This document shows, piece by piece, positions 6,175 to 15,878 of a stretch of DNA of 64,000 nucleotides (the stretch's first letter is position 1; each line of letters begins with the position of its first letter). The position numbers were made by a program, and so were the translations under genes. The notes under the pieces were generated by a model. That model did no database searches, was not told the DNA's origin, and was given only the letters and a program-made list of their open reading frames with translations. The stretch is from Bacteroidota bacterium (GTDB lineage Bacteria; Bacteroidota; Bacteroidia; UKL13-3): positions 14,341 to 78,340 of the forward strand of contig JANYDU010000029.1 in assembly GCA_025359805.1 (NCBI GenBank), written 5' to 3'.

Positions 6175-6499
6175 TGAAATTCAAAAGTTTTTATTTGACA
6201 TTAAGGTATCAATTGACTCCATCGAAACTTATCTTGGGGGCAAGAGAGATTTTAACATATACAAAGCGAATAAAATGCTTAGAAGAGCCGTTGAACGTGA
6301 ATTTGAGATTATTGGTGAAGCATTAAATCATATTGAAAAAGTTGATTCGGGTGTTGAAATTTCCAGTAAAAAACAAATTATCGGAATGCGAAACAGAGTA
6401 ATTCATGGTTATGATAAAATTGATGATGAAATAGTTTGGGGAACAATAGTTAGACATTTGCCAGTTCTTAAAATTGAGATTTCAAAACTGATTCAATAA
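6167..6499 (+). CDS. HEPN-domain (DUF86, HepT-like) toxin
   Basis: RNRVIHGY is the Rx4-6H HEPN motif. The 110-aa helical protein is paired with an MNT gene. Confidence 0.8.
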   Translation: MNSEIQKFLFDIKVSIDSIETYLGGKRDFNIYKANKMLRRAVEREFEIIGEALNHIEKVDSGVEISSKKQIIGMRNRVIHGYDKIDDEIVWGTIVRHLPVLKIEISKLIQ

Positions 6500-6518
6500 A
6501 TCAACCCAAATATTTCTT

Positions 6519-7283
6519 TTATTTCATCGCTTTAATAATATCTACAAAACTTCTTGATTGCAATGCTGCTCCACCTACTAATGCTCCATCAATATCGGGT
6601 GCCGAAAATAACTCAACAGCATTATCTGCTTTTACACTTCCACCATATTGAATGGTTAAATGATTTGCAACATCAACACCATACTTTTCTCTTACCAAAT
6701 TTCTAATATACGCATGCACTTCTTGCGCTTGCGCTGTGCTAGCAGTTTTACCGGTTCCTATTGCCCAAACAGGCTCATAAGCAATTACTATATTTGAAAA
6801 TTGTTCTTTAGTTAAATGAAATAACCCTTCGCTCACTTGCGCATGTAATACCTCAAAATGTTTGTTGGCTTCACGTTCTTCTAAAGTTTCGCCACAGCAA
6901 TAAATAGCTGTTAAATTATTAGCTAAAACAGCATCTACTTTTTTAGCCAACCAATCATTGTGTTCGTTAAAATATTGTCTGCGTTCGCTATGTCCAATAA
7001 TAATATATTTGGCACCACAACTTGCAATCATTGCTGCACTTACTTCTCCTGTGTATGCGCCACTCGCATGGTTGCTGCAGTTTTGCGCACCCACTTGTAT
7101 ATTTGATATTTCGGCCACCATTCGGCTAATGGCATTAATATGTGTGAAAGGAGGAATGATAACAACTTCTGCGCTTCCATTATATTCGTCCTTAACCATG
7201 TTGCTTAATTCTGAAACCAAAGCCATTCCTTCATCAAAGGTTTTGTTCATTTTCCAGTTTCCGGCTATTATTTTTTTTCTCAT
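6519..7283 (-). CDS. tpiA: Triosephosphate isomerase
   Basis: MRKKIIAGNWKMN, IIGHSERR and AYEPVWAIGTGKTA are canonical TIM motifs; 254 aa. Confidence 0.95.
   Translation of the reverse strand: MRKKIIAGNWKMNKTFDEGMALVSELSNMVKDEYNGSAEVVIIPPFTHINAISRMVAEISNIQVGAQNCSNHASGAYTGEVSAAMIASCGAKYIIIGHSERRQYFNEHNDWLAKKVDAVLANNLTAIYCCGETLEEREANKHFEVLHAQVSEGLFHLTKEQFSNIVIAYEPVWAIGTGKTASTAQAQEVHAYIRNLVREKYGVDVANHLTIQYGGSVKADNAVELFSAPDIDGALVGGAALQSRSFVDIIKAMK
6520..6548. repeat. Second copy of the 29-bp repeat, inside the functional tpiA 3' end
   Basis: Identical to 5744-5772. It covers the last 9 codons of tpiA and two bases of its stop codon. Confidence 0.9.
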
Positions 7284-7390
7284 GTTTAAAAGATTAAAAG
7301 TTTACAAACTTGATAGTTACAAGGTTGAAAGATTAAAAGAATGCTATGATATTTTATAAATTTTCATCATCATATTTTCTCATCCACACA

Positions 7391-8584
7391 TCAAACCGGC
7401 TTTTCCCAAAAACGATATTTGGCTGATTGATCATACACAGCTTTTAAAATCTCCTTATCAATATCAGTAAAAGGAACGTTCCTTCTTGCATAAACGGCTT
7501 CGGCAGTTTTATAAAATTTATTGAGTACAAATGTTTCGAAGCCTTGTGCACCACCCCACGCAAACGATGGAATAAAGTTACGAGGAAATCCTGAACCAAA
7601 GATATTTGCTCCAACCCCCACAACAGTGCCTGTATTAAACATGGTATTAATGCCACACTTTGAATGATCTGCCATCATCAATCCACAAAAAGTTAATCCT
7701 GTTTTTTCAAAACGTTCTGTTTTGTAACTCCAAAGTTTAACCTCATCGTAAGTGTTTTTTAAATTTGAACTATTGGTATCAGCACCCAAATTACACCACT
7801 CTCCAATTACAGCGTTTCCTAAAAATCCATCATGACCTTTATTTGAATAGCCTAAAAATACCACGTTACTCACTTCTCCACCAACTTTACAATACGGACC
7901 AACAGTTGTTGCCCCATAAATTTTTGCGTCCATTTTTAAACCCGCATGCTCGCACAAAGCAAACGGTCCACGTATTTTACATCCTTCCATTACCTCCGCA
8001 TCTTTGCCAATATAAATTTTACCTGTTAATGCATTTAGTATAGAGAATTCAACTTTTGCTCCTTCTTCAATAAAAATATTTTCAGGATTTAAAAATTGAT
8101 TGGTTGACGAAATGGGTTGAGATTTTTTTCCTTTGGTTAGTAATTCAAAATCTTCTTCAATGGCTTGTGCATTCTTAGAAAAAATATCATAGGGATGAGT
8201 AATTTTTAAGATATTCTCTGCTGATGTTTCTATCTTTTTAGCAGAAATATTTTCTTCAGAAAATGTTACAACATCACTTACCCTTGCAGCTATTAATAGG
8301 TTTCCTTTTACAATGGTTTCTCCTACTTTTAAATGAGCAATTTCGTTTACCAGTTGAACATTTGGGCAAACAGTTCCATTAATAAAAATATTATCGTTGG
8401 TGGTTAGTAAAGGAAATTTTTTCTGTAAATAATCTTGAGTAAAATAAGATAAAGAAGTATTTAAATACTTCGACCATTTTTGGGCAATGGTTAAAATGCC
8501 TATACGAATTTCTGCCGAAGGCCTTGTAAAAGTAAAAGGCAGCAGATTAACACGATCGTTGCTATCAAAAAGTATATAATTCAT
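7391..8584 (-). CDS. GlmU-like putative sugar nucleotidyltransferase / left-handed beta-helix acyltransferase
   Basis: Hexapeptide-repeat C-terminal half (...IGKDAEVMEGCKIRGP...IYGATTVGPYCKVGGEVSN...). I start it at ATG 8584 (MNYILFD), because 8585-8635 contains the rpmE terminator hairpin. Confidence 0.65.
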   Translation of the reverse strand: MNYILFDSNDRVNLLPFTFTRPSAEIRIGILTIAQKWSKYLNTSLSYFTQDYLQKKFPLLTTNDNIFINGTVCPNVQLVNEIAHLKVGETIVKGNLLIAARVSDVVTFSEENISAKKIETSAENILKITHPYDIFSKNAQAIEEDFELLTKGKKSQPISSTNQFLNPENIFIEEGAKVEFSILNALTGKIYIGKDAEVMEGCKIRGPFALCEHAGLKMDAKIYGATTVGPYCKVGGEVSNVVFLGYSNKGHDGFLGNAVIGEWCNLGADTNSSNLKNTYDEVKLWSYKTERFEKTGLTFCGLMMADHSKCGINTMFNTGTVVGVGANIFGSGFPRNFIPSFAWGGAQGFETFVLNKFYKTAEAVYARRNVPFTDIDKEILKAVYDQSAKYRFWEKPV

Positions 8585-8592
8585 CTCGCGTA

Positions 8593-8626
8593 TAAAAAAA
8601 TAAAGCTCTTCAAAACGAAGAGCTTT
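8593..8626 (-). terminator. Rho-independent terminator of rpmE
   Basis: 10-bp stem AAAGCTCTTC (8602-8611) / GAAGAGCTTT (8617-8626) with a 5-nt loop, followed on the minus strand by a T7 run (8594-8600). Confidence 0.6.
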
Positions 8627-8644
8627 ACCATGCAAATATGTACG

Positions 8645-8896
8645 TTATTTTTTTTGTGCGTATCTCTTTTTAAATTTATCAATTCTACCGGCTGTATCCA
8701 CCAACATGTGTTGTCCGGTAAAGAATGGATGAGACTTATTTGAAATCTCTAATTTGTATAAAGGATACTCGTTTCCGTCTTCCCACTTTGTTGTTTCTTT
8801 AGTTTCTACAGCCGAACGGGTCATAAAAGTATAATCGTTTGACATATCTTTAAACACTACTAATCTATAGGTTTTTGGATGAATTTCTGGTTTCAT
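8645..8896 (-). CDS. rpmE: 50S ribosomal protein L31, type B (no Cys zinc ribbon)
   Basis: [17 protein letters not shown]...HPFFTG...[14 protein letters not shown]; 83 aa with no cysteines. Confidence 0.9.
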   Translation of the reverse strand: MKPEIHPKTYRLVVFKDMSNDYTFMTRSAVETKETTKWEDGNEYPLYKLEISNKSHPFFTGQHMLVDTAGRIDKFKKRYAQKK

Positions 8897-8918
8897 AATT
8901 AGATAAAATTTGGGAGGG

Positions 8919-8949
8919 CAAAACTAAACCTTTTTCAATTAAATGCAAA
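8919..8949 (-). promoter_or_regulatory. Consensus Bacteroidota promoter of rpmE (-33 TTTG, 19-nt spacer, -7 TAGTTTTG)
   Basis: On the minus strand: TTTG (8946-8949), 19 nt, then TAGTTTTG (8919-8926), about 22 nt before ATG 8896. Confidence 0.5.
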
Positions 8950-9069
8950 TCATTCGTGAAAAATTTAACTGTCAGCTTATTAAGCCCGATAAAAATCCCT
9001 TTTTGGGAAATAGCGATAAGTGTAATAATTTGCCACTCACAAAAAGGCTTAATACCATTGTGTAAATAT

Positions 9070-9573
9070 ATGTTACAACAAACACAAATTTTAGATGACG
9101 CGCAGGTTAAACAAATTTTAAAGCGTATGGCTTATCAAATTTATGAAAATAATTTTGGCGAAAAAGATCTCATCATAGCTGGAATAGAAGGACGAGGCTC
9201 GAGCATAGCAGAATTACTTTTTGAAGAGTTGTCTAAAATTTGCAAAATAAAATTACATTTATTAGAGATTCACTTAAATAAAAAAAATCCTACTGGAGGA
9301 AGTGTTTTATTGAGCGATGAAAAAATAAATATTGCGGATAAAAATGTAGTTGTTGTTGACGATGTATTAAACACTGGAAAAACTTTGGTGTATGGTTTAA
9401 CTCCTTTCATCAGAAACAAAGCCAAGCAAATTAGAGTAGCTGTTTTGGTAGATCGCAATCATAAAAACTTTCCTATAAGTGCCGATTTTATTGGAATTTC
9501 ACTCTCCACAACTTTACAAGAACATATTACCGTATTGATTGAAAAGAAAAAAGTGAATGTATATTTGAGTTGA
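9070..9573 (+). CDS. Phosphoribosyltransferase family protein (PyrR-like)
   Basis: VVVVDDVLNTGKT is a PRPP-binding loop and MLQQTQILDDAQVKQILKRMAYQIYE is a PyrR-like N-terminus. I prefer ATG 9070 over the track's 8956, because the upstream 38 residues look non-coding. Confidence 0.6.
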   Translation: MLQQTQILDDAQVKQILKRMAYQIYENNFGEKDLIIAGIEGRGSSIAELLFEELSKICKIKLHLLEIHLNKKNPTGGSVLLSDEKINIADKNVVVVDDVLNTGKTLVYGLTPFIRNKAKQIRVAVLVDRNHKNFPISADFIGISLSTTLQEHITVLIEKKKVNVYLS

Positions 9574-9577
9574 AAAA

Positions 9578-12500
9578 TTAAAAGCTCCTTCCCACTCCAA
9601 TCATCCATCTATAATTTAAGTTTTTACCATCTTCATAGGGTGCGTTGCTCAAATACAATGGCATATCAAAACGAATGGTTAATGGTTTAATATCATCTAA
9701 TACACCCCATTTTTTTATGGTAAGTGCAAAGCCTGCACCAGCACTTGCAAGTAAGCCTGTATTCAGTGCTGTAAAAGATGTTGGCGTAATCGTTTCCGAT
9801 ATCATTGGTTTATTGCTTTTTAAAATACCTCCATCAAAAAATAAATAACTATCCATATGAAAATATTTTAGGAATCCTTTTGCTGGAATGGGAATAAATT
9901 TATCATAATCTAATTCAAAATTAATGGCTGCTCCAGTATTTCCTTTATATAAAAAATATTGATTGTTATTGGCATCATTTACCGGCATTAAATAGCCTGC
10001 ATATCCTCTAATATTTAATCCTCCTCCTTGTTGAAAATGATTTGTATTTGCGCCATAAGTAAATAATTGTTGAGGAATAATTCCTGCCGAGCGTGCAAAT
10101 TTATTATCAGCCATTTCCTCTGGATTTGCTCCTGCTAAATACAATTGTGATTCGGGTGCTGCATTACTCCCTGTCATGTATTGCGCAAATACTCTCGATT
10201 TTAATTCGAGCTTTGAAATATTATTATTTTGTACCGCATTAACGTAAACTGTTGCATAATCAAAATCAGAATAAATAGCTGAAGTGCGCATACCTAATAA
10301 AATTTTTCCTGAGCCTAAATTGCCTTTGTAATTTTTTTCTACTTCAAGATTTAAGGTATTGTTCCATTGATCATGAGAGGAAATGTTTGGATAGAAATTA
10401 AACGTTGGATAATAAGCAGGTAAATAATACAATTGAACCCTTCTCATGCTTTTTGCAAATACCCTGAATGTAGTATTGTGATGTGTTTTTTCGATTCCAA
10501 TTTTATTCATCAGTAACCCATCCAACAAACGTGATTGAACAAATACATCTGCAAATTTCCCAACTCGTGTTTGATAGGATGCACTATAATGAACAGGGTA
10601 AATAGGCGCATTATTTTTATAAATACTATCTACATAATTATTTCCTAAACCTGTATTGTACCATGCAGTAACTTTAAACACATGTTTTTGGTTCATGTAG
10701 TTTCCGTTAAAATGCAAGCCCACTTTTACGCCATCATAATTATTATACCACACATCTGGCCTCCATTTTAGGATATAATGTTTTCGGTCTAAAGGATTTT
10801 TTATTTGGTGATCAAACGTAAAAAGTGTTGGACATTTTAAACTATTATTTAGTTGGTTGATATCCGCTAAACGGTAGGTTGGATCGATGATTACGTTTTC
10901 GATTTTGCTATTTTCTGGTAGCGTAATTTTTGCAGTATACGTTGGATTTAATATTCCCCACCCTTTCCAAACGGGTAAAATTTCAGCATCTGATTGCTTT
11001 GCGAAATAGGTATTTGGGATAATAAATTTATAAGAAGAATCTTTAGTTTTAACTGTAAAATCAAGAGGCATTTGCATATCACCAATACGCTCAAAATTGA
11101 TTTTATATTTGTTGTCTTTTAATCTTTCAACCTTCTCAACTTTGTAGTCAATACTTTTCGTTGTTTCAATCCATTGATCAAAAAACCAATTCAAATCAAC
11201 ATGCGTATAATTGATAATAGAGTTTCTAAAATCATCAAAATACGGATGGCAAATTTTCCATTGACTGAAATAATGTTGCATGGCTTTTAAAAACAAACTA
11301 TCCCCCAACACATATTGCAAATTATAAAGCATAGTTGCCGTTTTATAATATACATGTCCGTAGCCACCACCATGATTTAATGCTCCACCAAAATCATCGC
11401 TATGCGTATTTAATGTTGCATCATTTTGGTTGATGGCATCACGTATATAACCTAAATAAACGGTTTGATCCATAGTAGATAATGGTGTGTAATATTTGCC
11501 AACATATTCCCTACTTTTTTTGGTTGATACATCTCCAAAAAATTTAGTCATACTCCAATTGGTTAAAAATTGTGTGAAGCCTTCATCTAAACTTGCACGA
11601 TAGGTTTCGTTATTTCCTACCATTCCAAAAAACCAATTATGACCAACTTCATGTGCAAACAAACCATAATATCCTGGACTTAATCCTCCATCCAAAGTAA
11701 GCATCGGGTATTCCATTCCATCTCGTGCATCAGCCACAATCATTTTTGGATACGCATATGCACCAATATCTGTTGAGTAGGTTCCAATAATTTTTGAAGT
11801 GAAAGAAGAGGCATCTTGCCAACGGCTTGCGTGTGGCTCTTGTGCGAGGGATATGCAACTTACTTCATGTCCGTTTGAAAGCATAATTTTTGTTTCATCG
11901 ATTCTAAAAGTAGGATCCGCAACCCAAGCAAAATCATGCACATTTATGGCTTTAAATTTCCATGTTTTTGTAGTTCCATTTGCAATAATTATTTCGGAAG
12001 GTTTTTCGTTTAGAGGTTTATCTTTAAAATTTTTAATATCCAATTTTGAGCGAAGTTCTTCTGGCAAAACTTCTGTTCTATTTTGTAAAACTCCTGTGGC
12101 ATCCATCACGTAGTTATTTGGGAAAGTAAGTTCCACATCATAGCTACCAAAATCTCCATAAAATTCTTTTCCTAAATGCTGGTCGGTTTCCCAACCAAAT
12201 TTTCTATCATACACACAAATACGCGGATACCAATGCACACCATCGTATTGTTTATTTCCCCAAGAATCTTTAAATGTTTTCATTCTCCTGCGTTGATCTC
12301 CGCCTGCATCAAAATACGTTTTGAATTTTATCTTAAGAGTTATGGAGTTATTTGGAAGCAGGGGATTTTCAAGTTGTACTTTCATAATGGTATTATCGAT
12401 GAATAGAATCTTGCCTTCAATTCCTGAAAATGTATTGATAAAATCATCTTGAATTCCTGATGAATTTGGTTTGCCTGAACGGTGTTCTTCACGCGTATAA

Positions 12501-12895
12501 ACTTTATCATTACACTTAAGAATAGATACGCCAAGAATTTCAGTTCCTTTTCCATCCGCTTCATACTTTCCAAATTTTTGTTTGAAATGATTGGCTAAGT
12601 TTAATTGTTCCAAATACGCACCTTTTATAAATGCGTTTTGATATAAATGAAAATATACAAATGAGAGTGTATCGGGCGAATTATTATAGTAAGTGAGTTC
12701 TTCCTCTCCATCAACAATATCTGTTTTATCATCAACAGAAGCTTTTATTTTATAAGCTACATCTTGCTGCCAATAACCTTCAAAAGGTTTGCGATTTTTC
12801 CAGTAAAAAGGATTGGAAGCAGAACGATATTCATTTTCCTGCGCAGATAATTGTATGATGAAAAGGAATGATAGAAAAAGTAAGGTGTTTCTCAT
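9578..12895 (-). CDS. Secreted M1-family (gluzincin) metallopeptidase fused to a C-terminal Omp85-like beta-barrel (1105 aa)
   Basis: Signal peptide MRNTLLFLSFLFIIQLSAQ. HEVGHNWF...LDEGFTQF (HEXXH+E) lies at ~11580-11660. The C-terminal ~400 aa are beta-rich, with GGGLNIRGY (~10001-10027) and a terminal aromatic residue (...VGRSF). Confidence 0.75.
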   Translation of the reverse strand: MRNTLLFLSFLFIIQLSAQENEYRSASNPFYWKNRKPFEGYWQQDVAYKIKASVDDKTDIVDGEEELTYYNNSPDTLSFVYFHLYQNAFIKGAYLEQLNLANHFKQKFGKYEADGKGTEILGVSILKCNDKVYTREEHRSGKPNSSGIQDDFINTFSGIEGKILFIDNTIMKVQLENPLLPNNSITLKIKFKTYFDAGGDQRRRMKTFKDSWGNKQYDGVHWYPRICVYDRKFGWETDQHLGKEFYGDFGSYDVELTFPNNYVMDATGVLQNRTEVLPEELRSKLDIKNFKDKPLNEKPSEIIIANGTTKTWKFKAINVHDFAWVADPTFRIDETKIMLSNGHEVSCISLAQEPHASRWQDASSFTSKIIGTYSTDIGAYAYPKMIVADARDGMEYPMLTLDGGLSPGYYGLFAHEVGHNWFFGMVGNNETYRASLDEGFTQFLTNWSMTKFFGDVSTKKSREYVGKYYTPLSTMDQTVYLGYIRDAINQNDATLNTHSDDFGGALNHGGGYGHVYYKTATMLYNLQYVLGDSLFLKAMQHYFSQWKICHPYFDDFRNSIINYTHVDLNWFFDQWIETTKSIDYKVEKVERLKDNKYKINFERIGDMQMPLDFTVKTKDSSYKFIIPNTYFAKQSDAEILPVWKGWGILNPTYTAKITLPENSKIENVIIDPTYRLADINQLNNSLKCPTLFTFDHQIKNPLDRKHYILKWRPDVWYNNYDGVKVGLHFNGNYMNQKHVFKVTAWYNTGLGNNYVDSIYKNNAPIYPVHYSASYQTRVGKFADVFVQSRLLDGLLMNKIGIEKTHHNTTFRVFAKSMRRVQLYYLPAYYPTFNFYPNISSHDQWNNTLNLEVEKNYKGNLGSGKILLGMRTSAIYSDFDYATVYVNAVQNNNISKLELKSRVFAQYMTGSNAAPESQLYLAGANPEEMADNKFARSAGIIPQQLFTYGANTNHFQQGGGLNIRGYAGYLMPVNDANNNQYFLYKGNTGAAINFELDYDKFIPIPAKGFLKYFHMDSYLFFDGGILKSNKPMISETITPTSFTALNTGLLASAGAGFALTIKKWGVLDDIKPLTIRFDMPLYLSNAPYEDGKNLNYRWMIGVGRSF

Positions 12896-13063
12896 ATACC
12901 AACAAAGTAAAACAAGAGATGCTTAATAGCAAAAAAATAATTAGCCACACCAACCAATCATCCATAATAAATAATGAATTTGATTTTACTTTGATATTTT
13001 TTTTCAATTAATATAATCTGCGAAATCTGTGGCTAAAATTGCCTCCTCATTTTGTATCAGATA

Positions 13064-13666
13064 CTAATTATCATTCACATAAAATTTCCCCCAAGCCAAT
13101 AAATCTCCACCAATAGTTACCATAGCAAAATAATATAAGTTGGCATACAAACCATCTCTGTAAAACACAATTGAATTGCCTTGAAAAGGAAGTGTTTTTT
13201 TTACCAACTGCCCATTATGATCAAAAATATACATGCTAACTGGGTTGTTGCTTGGATTATTAAAAATAATTTTGCAAGGCTGATCATTAAAAGGATTTGG
13301 ATATAGTAAATATTTTTTTGGATTTCCTGTTGATGTGCTGATGATTTGTGAATAACCATAAACACCCAAATTTAATCGGTAATAGTTATTTGTTGATGAA
13401 GATGGCGTTGTATGATCCCATTGATAAGTAAGTATAGAAGAGCTTGCCCCACAAACTCCAGGATAAGTGTATATAGAGCTAAATGAAAATGAATCTGTTG
13501 ACCATTCTACTGTAACAGAACTACAGCTAAAACCAGGGTTAATGCTCCATTGCAAATTCACATCACCATTTCCTGGAAAAGCAATAAATGAGTTTAATGC
13601 ACTGCTTTGTGAAAAGCTGCTAAATGAAACGAAGACTAAAATAGTTGTAAAAAATTTTCTCACCAA
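13064..13666 (-). CDS. Secreted protein with a T9SS (Por) C-terminal sorting domain
   Basis: Signal peptide MVRKFFTTILVFVSFSSFSQ. The C-terminal LLYPNPFNDQ...VSMYIFDHNGQLVKK... is typical of T9SS CTDs. Confidence 0.65.
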   Translation of the reverse strand: MVRKFFTTILVFVSFSSFSQSSALNSFIAFPGNGDVNLQWSINPGFSCSSVTVEWSTDSFSFSSIYTYPGVCGASSSILTYQWDHTTPSSSTNNYYRLNLGVYGYSQIISTSTGNPKKYLLYPNPFNDQPCKIIFNNPSNNPVSMYIFDHNGQLVKKTLPFQGNSIVFYRDGLYANLYYFAMVTIGGDLLAWGKFYVNDN

Positions 13667-13832
13667 ACAAATTTATACTTTGATATTTGTAATCGTATTA
13701 AAAAAATAATATCAATTCGAAAAAATTGAGAATTAGATACAATTTAAACTAACTGATTTGTGCTGACTAAAATCATTGATAATTTTATCAATTGGTATAA
13801 ATTTGCTGCCTGTCCATAAAAGAATTTAGCGT

Positions 13833-14759
13833 ATGGAAAGAAATAACTATTTGGTTTTAGCATACTATTATTACACCACCATAAATAACCCAACTGAGTT
13901 TACTGCTCAGCATCTCAAATATTGCAAAAATATTGGCTTAAGAGGGCGCATTTATATCGCTCCAGAAGGTATAAACGGTACTGTTAGCGGAACCAGTGAA
14001 GTTTGTGAACAATACATGAACGAGTTAAAATCAGACTCTCGTTTTAGTGGAGTTGAATTTAAAATAGATGAGTTTGATGGGCATGCATTTAACAGGATGC
14101 ATGTGCGAGAAAAAACAGAAATTGTTCATTCGGGTTTGCGCAATCCAAATGAAATTGATCCCACAAAAGAAACTGGAAAACATTTGAGAGGTGAGGAGTT
14201 CTTAGCATTTAAAGATGAAGAAGATGTGGTGATTTTAGATGTGAGATCAAATTACGAAACACGTTTAGGAAGATTTAAAAATGCTGTAACACTTGATATC
14301 GAAAACTTCAGAGAATTTCCTCAAAAAATTGCTGAATTAGAAAAATATAAAGATAAAAAAATAGTAACTGTTTGTACAGGTGGAATTAAATGTGAGAAAG
14401 CCTCAGCTTTATTAATTAAAGAAGGATTTAAAGATGTGTATCAATTACACAATGGAATTATTGGCTACGCAAAAGATACAGGAGGAAAAGATTTTGACGG
14501 AATGTTATATGTGTTTGACGGAAGGGTTTCGGTTCCAGTTAATACCGTAAATCCAACCAATATAGCAGAATGTATTAAATGCAAATCCACTACACACCGA
14601 AGTTTAAACTGTGCAAATGTGGAATGTAATGAACAATTTAATATGTGTGAAAGTTGCGCTGAAGAAATGGAAGGAGCTTGCAGCGAAGCCTGCAAAGTAG
14701 CTCCAGGAAAGCGCGAATACAATGGTACTGGGTATTATACAAGACCATCTATAGATTAG
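13833..14759 (+). CDS. trhO: Rhodanese-domain tRNA uridine(34) hydroxylase (UPF0176/YceA family)
   Basis: YIAPEGINGTVSG, the rhodanese active-site loop CTGGIKCEKA and a Cys-rich C-terminal tail. Confidence 0.8.
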   Translation: MERNNYLVLAYYYYTTINNPTEFTAQHLKYCKNIGLRGRIYIAPEGINGTVSGTSEVCEQYMNELKSDSRFSGVEFKIDEFDGHAFNRMHVREKTEIVHSGLRNPNEIDPTKETGKHLRGEEFLAFKDEEDVVILDVRSNYETRLGRFKNAVTLDIENFREFPQKIAELEKYKDKKIVTVCTGGIKCEKASALLIKEGFKDVYQLHNGIIGYAKDTGGKDFDGMLYVFDGRVSVPVNTVNPTNIAECIKCKSTTHRSLNCANVECNEQFNMCESCAEEMEGACSEACKVAPGKREYNGTGYYTRPSID

Positions 14760-14857
14760 TTTCAAAAAAAGTGTGTACGCATTTTGCCATTATCCAATTA
14801 CATTTTGAGTTCTGAAGTTGTAGGTCTATTTTCGGTTTGTTTAATAGTAGCTAAATA

Positions 14858-15799
14858 ATGATGCAATCCAATTCAAAAATATATATAGCTGGTCATAAAG
14901 GAATGGTAGGTTCTGCTATGCAACGCAAATTAATTAAAGAAGGATTTATTAATATTATAGTTCGTACTTCTTCTGAACTTGATTTAACAAACCAACAAGC
15001 TGTTGCTAATTTTTTTGCCGAAGAAAAACCTGAATATGTTTTTTTAGCAGCCGCAAAAGTTGGTGGTATTGTTGCTAATAATACTTATCGTGCCGATTTT
15101 ATTTATCAGAATTTGATGATGGAATCAAACATCATTCATCAGTGTTATTTAAATGGTGTAAAAAAAATGATGTTCTTTGGTTCATCATGTATATATCCCA
15201 AAATGGCTCCTCAACCATTAAAAGAGGAATCGCTGTTAACGGGTTTATTAGAACCCACAAATGAACCTTATGCCATTGCAAAAATTGCTGGAATTAAACT
15301 CTGTGAAAGCTATCGTGATCAATATGCTTGTAATTTTATTTCAGTAATGCCAACCAACTTATATGGATATGGCGATAATTATCATCCTCAACATTCACAT
15401 GTTTTACCTGCATTAATAAAGAGAATTCACGAAGCCAAAGAATCAAATGCACCCTATATTGAAGTATGGGGAACAGGAACTCCGTTAAGAGAATTTTTAT
15501 TTGTTGATGATTTAGCTGGCGCATGTTTTTTATTGATGCAAGAATATAATGAAAAACTATTTGTGAACGTAGGGTATGGTGAAGATTTATCGATAAGAGA
15601 GTTGGTTGATAAAATTAAAAGAATAGTTGGTTATGATGGTGAAATAAAATTTGATACCACAAAACCAGATGGAACTCCAAGAAAATTGATGGATGTTTCC
15701 AAAATAAAAAACTTAGGTTGGAGTCCTCAAATAAAGTTAGAACAAGGAATAAAATTAGCTTACGAAGATTTTTTAAACGGTCATTATAGAAATTCGTAA
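14858..15799 (+). CDS. fcl: GDP-L-fucose synthase
   Basis: [13 protein letters not shown] Rossmann motif, GSSCIYP and [10 protein letters not shown] (YxxxK); 313 aa with end-to-end family resemblance. Confidence 0.9.
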   Translation: MMQSNSKIYIAGHKGMVGSAMQRKLIKEGFINIIVRTSSELDLTNQQAVANFFAEEKPEYVFLAAAKVGGIVANNTYRADFIYQNLMMESNIIHQCYLNGVKKMMFFGSSCIYPKMAPQPLKEESLLTGLLEPTNEPYAIAKIAGIKLCESYRDQYACNFISVMPTNLYGYGDNYHPQHSHVLPALIKRIHEAKESNAPYIEVWGTGTPLREFLFVDDLAGACFLLMQEYNEKLFVNVGYGEDLSIRELVDKIKRIVGYDGEIKFDTTKPDGTPRKLMDVSKIKNLGWSPQIKLEQGIKLAYEDFLNGHYRNS

Positions 15800-15826
15800 T
15801 TGTGTTAGAAACCAATTGCACAAAAA

Positions 15827-15857
15827 AAATCCACCTCAATTTGAAGTGGATTTTTTT
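15827..15857. terminator. Bidirectional intrinsic terminator between convergent fcl and actF
   Basis: AAATCCAC (15827-15834) pairs with GTGGATTT (15846-15853). An A-run lies on one side and a T-run on the other. Confidence 0.6.
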
Positions 15858-15878
15858 ATACATATATTTTTATCTGTA

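Noticed and set aside
8585-8635. N-terminal extension of the GlmU-like ORF (track start 8635)
   Set aside because: The extension would be translated through the rpmE terminator hairpin. ATG 8584 gives a sensible N-terminus.
8645-8896. L31 type B as a sign of a zinc-starvation paralogue
   Set aside because: It appears here as a solitary, well-promoted ribosomal gene. As far as I recall, Cys-less L31 is the normal form in this phylum, and no Zur-box-like palindrome was seen.
8956-9069. N-terminal extension of the PyrR-like ORF (track start 8956)
   Set aside because: It uses a non-ATG start, and the 38 extra residues are hydrophobic and low-complexity, unlike PRTases. It could instead be a leader region, but I found no convincing structure there.
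14858-15799. fcl without an adjacent gmd, as a possible pathway anomaly
   Set aside because: gmd can lie elsewhere in the genome, so a single window cannot establish its absence.
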